Positions 56,703 through 64,000 of a DNA stretch of 64,000 nucleotides are shown here, piece after piece; position 1 is the stretch's first letter, and every line of letters starts with the position of its first letter. The translations under genes and the position numbers were made by a program. The stretch comes from Salinivirgaceae bacterium (lineage in GTDB: Bacteria > Bacteroidota > Bacteroidia > Bacteroidales > SZUA-534): NCBI GenBank assembly GCA_050251815.1, contig JBFWMB010000001.1:43054-107053 (forward strand), in the 5' to 3' direction. Under the pieces are notes generated by a model. It did no database searches and was not told the origin of the DNA. It worked only from the letters and a program-made list of their open reading frames with translations.

Positions 56703-57275
56703 CTAAACCAAGCCGCTAAAGCCCATAAAAGCCATGGCTAAGATACCTGCTACAACCAATGCAATAGGCATTCCTCTCATTCCTTTGGGAACATTCATTA
56801 AATCGACATGCTCGCGTAAGCCGGCAAAAAGTATTAAAGCCAGGCCAAAACCCAAGGCCGAAGCAATGGCAAAAACAACACCCTCCATCAAATTGTAATC
56901 TTTTTGAATGGTCATAATGGCCACACCCAAAATAGCACAGTTGGTAGTAATTAAGGGTAAAAAAACACCCAAGGCCTGATACAGGGCAGGACTAACTTTT
57001 TTAAGAATAATCTCGACCAACTGGACCAGCGATGCAATCACTAAAATAAAGGTGATGGTTTGCATAAAACCAATGCCGAATTTATCGAGTACGGCTTTTT
57101 GTATCAGGTAAGTAACAATGGTGGCAATAACCATTACAAAAGTTACTGCTCCGGCCATACCAGCTGCCGTTGAAATTTTCTTTGAAACCCCCAAAAACGG
57201 GCAAATACCCAGGAACTGGCTAAGGACAATATTGTTAACAAAAATTGCGGCTATAACTATAAATACATATTCCAT
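56703..57275 (-). CDS. rnfA: Rnf complex subunit A
   Basis: [38 protein letters not shown]. Confidence 0.95.
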   Translation of the reverse strand: MEYVFIVIAAIFVNNIVLSQFLGICPFLGVSKKISTAAGMAGAVTFVMVIATIVTYLIQKAVLDKFGIGFMQTITFILVIASLVQLVEIILKKVSPALYQALGVFLPLITTNCAILGVAIMTIQKDYNLMEGVVFAIASALGFGLALILFAGLREHVDLMNVPKGMRGMPIALVVAGILAMAFMGFSGLV

Positions 57276-57286
57276 ATATCTTCCTC

Positions 57287-57871
57287 CTAAGCTTTATTCA
57301 GTTTGTTAACCAGTAAAATAAGATAGCCTAAGGCTATAAATGCTCCGGGAGCTAGAATAAATACCAGCATTCCATAATTGGAATCGAAAATTTGTAATCC
57401 GAAAACCATACCTGAACCAAAGAATTCACGCACAGCACCCAATATGGTTAAAGCCAGTGTAAAACCAAGTCCCATTCCCAGTCCGTCGATTGCCGACGAA
57501 AGCACATTATTCTTTGAGGCAAAGGCTTCGGCTCTACCCAATACAATACAGTTTACCACGATAAGCGGAATAAACAGTCCCAAACTTTCAAACAGTGAGG
57601 GAAGATAGGCTTGCATGGTAAGTTCAACCACGGTAACAAATGAGGCAATAATTACAATAAATGCAGGAATGCGTACCTTATCGGGAATCCCGTTTTTAAC
57701 CAGTGAAACCACAATATTTGCCATTACCAGCACAAAAGTAGTTGCTAAACCCATGCCCATTCCATTAACAGCAGTAGTAGTTACCCCAAGGGTTGGACAC
57801 ATTCCCAATAAAAGTACGAATACCGGATTCTCCTTTAATAATCCCTTGGTAAAATTCTTCATCTGATTCAT
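57287..57871 (-). CDS. rnfE: Rnf complex subunit E
   Basis: [50 protein letters not shown]. Confidence 0.95.
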   Translation of the reverse strand: MNQMKNFTKGLLKENPVFVLLLGMCPTLGVTTTAVNGMGMGLATTFVLVMANIVVSLVKNGIPDKVRIPAFIVIIASFVTVVELTMQAYLPSLFESLGLFIPLIVVNCIVLGRAEAFASKNNVLSSAIDGLGMGLGFTLALTILGAVREFFGSGMVFGLQIFDSNYGMLVFILAPGAFIALGYLILLVNKLNKA

Positions 57872-58614
57872 TCGTTACCTCCTTTGTTATGAGCCACTTC
57901 TTCAGCAAATGTATCAACTGCGGACGAGTCGGCTGGGTTGGAACTATTTTCTATTGCATTATTTTTTTTCATATATCCGTTGTAGGCGCGGCTAACTGCA
58001 TCTAAAAATGCACGTGAGCTGATGGTTGCAGCGGTAATGGCATCCACATCGCCCCCGTCTTTACTAACCGTTAAATTCATTTGGCCCGGATTTTTCCCTA
58101 CAATAACTTTCCCATCGCCTCCTGAACCGGGCTTAATACCAAACAGCCAATCGAAGAATGAAGCTTCTTTTGGTAACGAATCGGTTACCACCACAGGTTT
58201 AAACCAGTCTGCCATTTTAGTTCCCAATCCGGGAGTTTCTTTATGTTCAAGCACCTGATAATTGTAGATGGAACCATCAGGAGTAAACCCGACCATAACG
58301 CGGATTAATCCGGAGAAACCCATATTGGTGTATGTTTTAACAGCAGCACCCACCAGTTGTCCGTTCATTTTTGCCGGATAAACTTCTAGGGCCTCCCCTC
58401 CTTCAACCTCAACCAAAAACATTTCGGCATTCGGATCATTATCAAATGCAGGAACAACTTCTTTTATCGCATTTAGCTTTTTATTCAACTGTGCACCTGC
58501 AATGGGATCTTTTGTCGATTCGTAAACAAACCCCAGGGTGGCCGATGCTATAAGCGATACAATTAGTAAAGCCAGTACCATATTTATAAATGTCGATTCT
58601 TTTTTACTTGCCAT
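57868..58614 (-). CDS. rnfG: Rnf complex subunit G
   Basis: Single TM helix, GFSG.I.VMVG, HKETPGLG, DAITAATISS FMN-Thr motif. Confidence 0.92.
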   Translation of the reverse strand: MASKKESTFINMVLALLIVSLIASATLGFVYESTKDPIAGAQLNKKLNAIKEVVPAFDNDPNAEMFLVEVEGGEALEVYPAKMNGQLVGAAVKTYTNMGFSGLIRVMVGFTPDGSIYNYQVLEHKETPGLGTKMADWFKPVVVTDSLPKEASFFDWLFGIKPGSGGDGKVIVGKNPGQMNLTVSKDGGDVDAITAATISSRAFLDAVSRAYNGYMKKNNAIENSSNPADSSAVDTFAEEVAHNKGGNE

Positions 58615-59605
58615 TTTTTACCTCCTCTCCAAAGCGTTTAGGTTTTATGTAGCGGTTAATGATGGGAACAAATGCATTCATTATCAGAATGGCAAAGGAA
58701 ATTCCCTCGGGATAAGCTCCAAAAATCCGTATCAATACGGTAATTACACCAATTCCAATAGCAAAAACAGCCATACCTTTCGGGTTCATGGGCGAGGTAA
58801 CCATATCGGTTGCCATAAAAATGGCTCCCAACATAACACCCCCCGTAAGAATATGGAAAACAGGATCAGCAAACTTTTCTGGATTTGTCAGGTTTAAAAT
58901 TCCTGTAAAAGCAAATATGGTTCCAATTAAAAATACGGGTATGTGCCAGGTAATTATTTTACGGTAAAGCATAAAGGCAAAACCAAGCAGCAGGGCAATG
59001 GCACTCACTTCGCCCATACTTCCACCCATGTGACCGTAGAACAATTCCATGTGTTGCGGGATTCCAATTAATTCGCTGATTCTTTCCCCATTTCCAACGC
59101 CCTCTTTTACCAAAGCCAGGGGAGTAGCCCCGGTAATTGCATCGGCATAACCGGTAGCAAAACCTTTTGGTACAGGCCAGCTGGTCATTTGCACAGGGAA
59201 CGAAATCAATAAAAACACCCGTCCAACCAAAGCCGGGTTGAATGGGTTCTGTCCCAAACCACCAAACGATAATTTACCGATACCAATGGAAACCAAAGCT
59301 CCAATAATGATAATCCCTATCGGCAAATTACTGGGAACGTTAAAAGCCAACAACAATCCGGTTAAGATGGCTGAACCGTCGCTTATTTTTGGTGTGGTTT
59401 TTAAAATAAACTTCTGAATCAGGTATTCAAAAGCTACACAGCTCACAATAGCTGTCAGGGTAACAATTATGGCGCCCATGCCAAAAAAGTATATCGAAGT
59501 GGCCAGGGCTGGCAGCAATGCCAGAACTACCCCAAACATTATCTTTTTTACAGAATACTCGCCGGCAATGTGGGGCGAGGGTGCTACATGTAGTAATCTA
59601 TCCAT
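58604..59605 (-). CDS. rnfD: Rnf complex subunit D
   Basis: SPHI, DGSA..TGLLLA, FGGLGQNPFNPALVGR, DAITGATPL, GS.GE, FMATD.VTSP, YPEG; start moved to MDRLLH. Confidence 0.94.
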   Translation of the reverse strand: MDRLLHVAPSPHIAGEYSVKKIMFGVVLALLPALATSIYFFGMGAIIVTLTAIVSCVAFEYLIQKFILKTTPKISDGSAILTGLLLAFNVPSNLPIGIIIIGALVSIGIGKLSFGGLGQNPFNPALVGRVFLLISFPVQMTSWPVPKGFATGYADAITGATPLALVKEGVGNGERISELIGIPQHMELFYGHMGGSMGEVSAIALLLGFAFMLYRKIITWHIPVFLIGTIFAFTGILNLTNPEKFADPVFHILTGGVMLGAIFMATDMVTSPMNPKGMAVFAIGIGVITVLIRIFGAYPEGISFAILIMNAFVPIINRYIKPKRFGEEVKNGK

Positions 59606-59621
59606 TTTGATGAGATTATGG

Positions 59622-60953
59622 TTATTGTTTACGAGTTCTGATGATATTACCCACGGTCGATTTTCCCAAGCGGATGTAATCGAGCAATGGACGGTCGGCC
59701 GGACAAGTGTACATGCACGAACCACATTCAATGCAATCCATGGTACGCTCCTGCTCTGCCTCTTCCCACATCTTCTTATCGGAATAAGTCATAAGTAAAA
59801 AGGGTTCCAGTCCCATAGGGCAAACCGATACACATTTGCCACAACGTATGCAAGGTTCCACCGTACGACGCCCTGATTCGGGTTCACGGAATAGCAATAC
59901 GCCTGATGAGCCTTTGGCAATAGGAGCATCCAACGATTTCAGGGCTTTTCCCATCATGGGGCCACCACTTACCACCTTGCCGGTATCTTCAGGAACACCG
60001 CCGGCGGCTTCAATCAGCTGACTGGTTGGGGTTCCGATGCGAACCAAAAAGTTCGACGGATTCTTTACCGATTTTCCGGTTACAGTAACCACGCGCTCAA
60101 ACAAGGGTTTGTTTTTTTGCACTGCTTCGTAAACCGCAAAAGCTGTTCCCACATTGTGAACTACGGCACCCACATCAATAGGCAGAGCCCCTGAGGGAAC
60201 TTCACGGTTAATAACCGCTTTTATCAATTGCTTTTCGCCTCCTTGCGGATACTTCACTTTTAAAGGTACAATTTCAATGCCTTCAAAAGCCGATGCTTTT
60301 TCTTTTAAATGACTTATGGCATCGGGTTTGTTATTTTCAATGCCTACGTATGCCTTGGAAACGCCCAAAGCCATCATCAGCAATTTGGTTCCAATAAGCA
60401 CTTCCTCGCCTTTTTCAAGCATTAAGCGGTGATCGGCCGTAAGGTAAGGCTCACACTCCACTCCATTAATTAAAAGTACTTCTGCTTTTTTGCCCGGAGG
60501 AACTGAAAGTTTGATATGTGAGGGGAAGGTTGCCCCACCAAGCCCCACAATTCCAGCTTCCTGTACCTTTTTAATAATTTCTTCAGGGCTTGCTTTTATT
60601 TCGTTTGCAATTTCCGGTGAACGATCAATGGTTTCAATCCATTCGTCGCCATCGACCGTAATATGAACTGCCTGGCGTGAAAAACCGCTGGCATCCATTA
60701 CTGTATCAATTTTAAGTACTTTTCCGGAAACGGAAGCGTGAATATTTGCCGAAACAAACCCGCTGCTTTGTGCAATCAGTTGCCCGACTTTAACTTCATC
60801 GCCTTTTTGAACCAGTGGACTTGCAGGCGCTCCAATATGCTGCCCAAGAGGAATAATAGCAACCTTTGGCAATTCGGCGGTTACAATAGGAGCATTGGCC
60901 GAAAACTTATTCTCTGCCGGATGAACACCACCTTTTTTAAATGTTTTTAACAT
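59622..60953 (-). CDS. rnfC: Rnf complex subunit C
   Basis: GGVHP, QHIGAPA, AGIVGLGGATFP, INGVECEPYLTADHR, YPQGGEKQL, GGPMMG, CIRCGKC..VCP, CIECGSC...CP. Confidence 0.96.
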   Translation of the reverse strand: MLKTFKKGGVHPAENKFSANAPIVTAELPKVAIIPLGQHIGAPASPLVQKGDEVKVGQLIAQSSGFVSANIHASVSGKVLKIDTVMDASGFSRQAVHITVDGDEWIETIDRSPEIANEIKASPEEIIKKVQEAGIVGLGGATFPSHIKLSVPPGKKAEVLLINGVECEPYLTADHRLMLEKGEEVLIGTKLLMMALGVSKAYVGIENNKPDAISHLKEKASAFEGIEIVPLKVKYPQGGEKQLIKAVINREVPSGALPIDVGAVVHNVGTAFAVYEAVQKNKPLFERVVTVTGKSVKNPSNFLVRIGTPTSQLIEAAGGVPEDTGKVVSGGPMMGKALKSLDAPIAKGSSGVLLFREPESGRRTVEPCIRCGKCVSVCPMGLEPFLLMTYSDKKMWEEAEQERTMDCIECGSCMYTCPADRPLLDYIRLGKSTVGNIIRTRKQ

Positions 60954-60972
60954 AGAATCTCCTATTTATAGA

Positions 60973-61854
60973 TTATGCTTTGTTTTCTTCAGCCTTGGTC
61001 TCACCAGCTTCTTCTGCAACTTTTGCAGGCTTACGTGGTGGAAAATTAATTTCGTGAATGGCGTTGGTAGGACAAACCTCAACACATTTACGACACAGTT
61101 TACACTTATTGTAATCGATATAGGCCAGGTTATTTGCCATGGTAATGGCATCGAAGGCACACACATTAAAACATTTGCTACAACCAATACAGGCTACCTC
61201 ACACGATTTTTTAGCCACGCCGCCTTTGTCCTTATTTACACACGATACAAAAATGCGACGGCTCTTTTTGCCCACATTTCTAAGCTCAATAATGTCTTTT
61301 GGACAGGCCTTAACACAAGCACCACAAGCCACACAATTCTCTTCGATAATTACCGGCAATCCGGTAACCGGATCCATGTACATGGCATCGAATTTACAGG
61401 CAGCCACACAATCACCTTCGCCCAGACAACCGTAACTACAGCCGGTATCGCCCGAATACAAGGCAGCTGAAATAGCGCACGATCCGGCACCGTCGTAGCG
61501 ATTCACTTTAGGACGAAACTCGCAGGTTCCATTACAACGAACTACGGCCACCTGAGGTTCGGTAATATTTGCCGTATGTCCCAGATAAGTTGCAATGGCT
61601 GTCATGCCGGAAGCATCGGATACCGGACAATTCAGGTTTGAAATATCGTCGGCTTTAACCATAGCTTCAGCAAAACCCCGGCAACCCGGGAATCCACAAC
61701 CACCGCAGTTTGCCCCCGGAAGCATGCCTTCCACTTCGTCGATGCGGGGATCTTCAATTACTTTGAATTTTTGTGCCACAAAATAAAGTATGATGGCGGC
61801 AGCTACTCCCAAAGCACTTAACGAAAGAATGGTATAAATAACTGTAATGCTCAT
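60973..61854 (-). CDS. rnfB: Rnf complex subunit B
   Basis: LPGANCGGCGFPGC, C.YGCLG.GDC...C.FDA, CVACGAC...CP, CIGCSKC...C, CKLCRKC..VCP. Confidence 0.94.
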   Translation of the reverse strand: MSITVIYTILSLSALGVAAAIILYFVAQKFKVIEDPRIDEVEGMLPGANCGGCGFPGCRGFAEAMVKADDISNLNCPVSDASGMTAIATYLGHTANITEPQVAVVRCNGTCEFRPKVNRYDGAGSCAISAALYSGDTGCSYGCLGEGDCVAACKFDAMYMDPVTGLPVIIEENCVACGACVKACPKDIIELRNVGKKSRRIFVSCVNKDKGGVAKKSCEVACIGCSKCFNVCAFDAITMANNLAYIDYNKCKLCRKCVEVCPTNAIHEINFPPRKPAKVAEEAGETKAEENKA

Positions 61855-61866
61855 ATAACCAAATAT

Positions 61867-62280
61867 TTATTGTTTGATTTCGAATATAAACGATTTCTTT
61901 ACTGTATCGCGGGTAACATACAATACGGTATAATAAGGAATTAGTACAGCCAGGGAAATTAACCCGGCTTTAGTTTCAGATAACTGAAGTGAGGTGCCAA
62001 TTATTAATGTGGTAAGCACCAATAAAAAAGGCAGGAGATAACCTAAAAACAAAGCCTTGAAACCCATCGATTCTTTTGCCCATACGGTAACCCAATCGCC
62101 AACTTTGTAGGTTTTTCCGTTCGACAGGGCATCAATAATTTTTTCTTCCTGATCAGAGGCATTGCATGCTCCTTTGGCATGACAGGCCGAGCACGCCGAC
62201 ATGCTGGTGATTCGTACCTTTACCAAATCGTTGGTTACCGATTCAACAAAGCCCTGATGTGATATGGTTCCGTCTTTCAT
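61867..62280 (-). CDS. RseC/MucC family (SoxR-reducing system) membrane protein
   Basis: H.G.V, SACSACHAKGAC, Y.VGD.V, two TM helices (YLLPF); first gene of the rnf operon; start MKDG. Confidence 0.85.
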   Translation of the reverse strand: MKDGTISHQGFVESVTNDLVKVRITSMSACSACHAKGACNASDQEEKIIDALSNGKTYKVGDWVTVWAKESMGFKALFLGYLLPFLLVLTTLIIGTSLQLSETKAGLISLAVLIPYYTVLYVTRDTVKKSFIFEIKQ

Positions 62281-62301
62281 TACCTTCCCACTATTTTGAG
62301 G

Positions 62302-62309
62302 CAAAAGTA
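62302..62309 (-). promoter_or_regulatory. Sigma-A -7 element of the rseC-rnf operon (TACTTTTG)
   Basis: Plus strand CAAAAGTA, 21 bp upstream of ATG 62280. Confidence 0.55.
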
Positions 62310-62602
62310 TAATGTTTGTAAATGTTTTGGAAACATCCGCATTTCTTTTTAATCACCTAAAGCTAATTTAGGATGATTTTAAATAGTGAATTATCTACAT
62401 ACATTAATGTTTTATTTACCTGATTATGTGCACGTAAAAATAATTCACTGCCACACTTTTGGTTTTGCATCAATCAAAAAAACGATGTAAATCAACTCAA
62501 ATACATGCTCTTAAAAATCAATTCCGCGGCTTATTTATAATCATACCAAATAAGAAAGTGGCTTTTAAAGAACATCATCAAAAATAACAAAAACAAATTC
62601 AT

Positions 62603-64000
62603 TCAGGATATCTGACTCCAATTGAACTCATATTTCCATTTTTGTTCCATCTGCTTTTTAAGCACAAAGTTTTCTGATTTTGCCAGCCGGGGATCATCGG
62701 CCAAAACATCTTGTGCCACCTGGCGTGCAAAGGATAAAATCTGCGAATCGCGCCCCAGGTTGGCAATCTTCAAATCAAGAGGAATACCGCTTTGTTGTGT
62801 CCCTTCCAAATCGCCGGGTCCACGCAGCTTTAAATCAACTTCCGAAATCTCGAATCCGTCGTTGGTATCCACCATGGTTTTAATCCGGGTGCGGCCATCG
62901 GTGGTCAGCTTGTTTCCTGTCATCAGGATGCAATACGACTGGTCGGCGCCACGCCCCACCCTGCCGCGTAACTGGTGCAACTGTGAAAGACCGAAACGCT
63001 CGGCACTTTCAATTACCATGACCGAAGCATTGGGAACGTTTACTCCAACCTCGATAACTGTAGTAGCAATCATTAGCTGTGTTTGCCTGCGTACAAACAA
63101 ATCCATGGCCTTATCTTTCTCTTCGGGCTTCATTTTTCCATGAACCACGCTTATGGCATAGTCGGGAGGAGGAAATGCCCGGGAAATACTTTCCAGTCCG
63201 TCTTCCAAATCCTTATAATCCATGGCTTCCGATTCCTTTATCAAGGGATAAACCACATAAACCTGCCGGCCTAAGGCAATTTGTTCTTTTAAAAAACCAA
63301 AAACCCTAAGTCGCTTTGAATCGTTATAGTGCAGGGTTTTTATCGCTTTTCGCCCCGGAGGTAATTCATCAATTATTGAAACGTCCAAATCGCCGTACAA
63401 GGTCATGGCCAGGGTACGAGGAATGGGAGTGGCTGTCATTACCAATACATGAGGCGGATTCACATTTTTTTTCCACAAACGGGCCCGTTGTGCCACGCCA
63501 AAGCGATGCTGCTCATCGATAACCACAAATCCCAGATTTTTAAACTGAACCGTATCTTCAATTAATGCGTGTGTACCTATTAAAATATGAATTTCGCCCG
63601 ACAACAAACCTTCATGAATTTTGCGCCGTCGGGCCTGTCGGGTTGAACCGGTTAAAAGCTCCACAGTTACACCCATACCCTCGATGAATTCGGCAATACT
63701 TTTAAAATGTTGATTGGCCAGAATTTCGGTAGGAGCCATCAAACAAGCCTGAAATCCATTATCGATGGCCAGGAGCATCGACATTAGTGCTACCAGGGTT
63801 TTTCCACTGCCCACATCGCCCTGTAAAAGCCGGTTCATTTGGTGGCCCGTATTGGTATCCTGTCTTATTTCGCGTAGCACTCGTTTTTGCGCATTGGTTA
63901 ATTCAAAAGGCAGGTAATCCTTATAAAAGGTATTGAATTTATCGCCCACCTGTTCAAAACGAAAACCTCCCAGGTGGGTTGTTTGGTAATGCTTTAAGCG
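62603..64000 (-). CDS. recG: ATP-dependent DNA helicase RecG (C-terminal part; runs off the window)
   Basis: RLLQGDVGSGKT, MAPTEILA.QH, GTHAL, IDEQHRFGV.QR, MTATPIPRTL, TTVIEVGV.VPNA, GLSQLHQLRGRVGRG, RGPGD; frame stays open to 64000. Confidence 0.96.
   Translation of the reverse strand, partial: RLKHYQTTHLGGFRFEQVGDKFNTFYKDYLPFELTNAQKRVLREIRQDTNTGHQMNRLLQGDVGSGKTLVALMSMLLAIDNGFQACLMAPTEILANQHFKSIAEFIEGMGVTVELLTGSTRQARRRKIHEGLLSGEIHILIGTHALIEDTVQFKNLGFVVIDEQHRFGVAQRARLWKKNVNPPHVLVMTATPIPRTLAMTLYGDLDVSIIDELPPGRKAIKTLHYNDSKRLRVFGFLKEQIALGRQVYVVYPLIKESEAMDYKDLEDGLESISRAFPPPDYAISVVHGKMKPEEKDKAMDLFVRRQTQLMIATTVIEVGVNVPNASVMVIESAERFGLSQLHQLRGRVGRGADQSYCILMTGNKLTTDGRTRIKTMVDTNDGFEISEVDLKLRGPGDLEGTQQSGIPLDLKIANLGRDSQILSFARQVAQDVLADDPRLAKSENFVLKKQMEQKWKYEFNWSQIS

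Noticed and set aside
212-63522. Numerous short ORF-track ORFs antisense or out of frame to the long genes (e.g. 212-457, 1105-1449, 3352-4029, 62622-63143)
   Set aside because: They overlap well-supported genes and show no recognisable motifs; they are shadows of coding sequence.
1-64000. CRISPR arrays, rRNA/tRNA, transposases, integrases, prophage, defence systems
   Set aside because: No regularly spaced repeats, RNA-gene signatures or corresponding protein motifs were seen.

Overview
Chromosomal window from a Bacteroidota genome. The lineage is inferred from SusC/SusD, an HTCS, TAnnTTTG promoters and Rnf of the RseC-BCDGEA type; it is probably an anaerobic or facultative Bacteroidales/Marinilabiliales-like organism. 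Almost all genes are on the minus strand. Left to right: (1) a partial RlmI-like rRNA methyltransferase, a 3'-5' exonuclease, DUF5063 and RecQ; (2) a ~28 kb arabinan polysaccharide-utilisation locus (two GH43, two GH51, a GH127/146, SusD, SusC, a surface glycan-binding lipoprotein, a divergent hybrid two-component regulator) joined directly to the L-arabinose catabolic operon (araR-like Nudix regulator, Na+/sugar symporter, araA, araD, araB, mutarotase); (3) a class IV aminotransferase; (4) a tightly coupled five-gene heterodisulfide-reductase-like operon (HdrC-B-A-C plus a membrane NarI-like/HdrD-like fusion) whose C/B/A subunits resemble the sulfur-oxidiser sHdr type but with no lipoate or sulfur-carrier genes nearby, the best candidate for an uncharacterised system; (5) a methyltransferase, an ABC ATPase, a PduO-type adenosyltransferase and DUF2795; (6) guaB, three SurA/PPIase-like genes, MoxR and an OstA-like gene; (7) pepF, a truncated TonB-receptor remnant, a three-gene acyl-CoA carboxylase, rseC-rnfBCDGEA and a partial recG. 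A direct-repeat motif (TCCAC-N16-TCCAC, 21 bp upstream of a -7 box) with identical geometry at two PUL promoters was found by eye. No rRNA, tRNA, CRISPR or intact mobile element was recognised. All assignments come from motif recognition and memory of the families; no searches were run.
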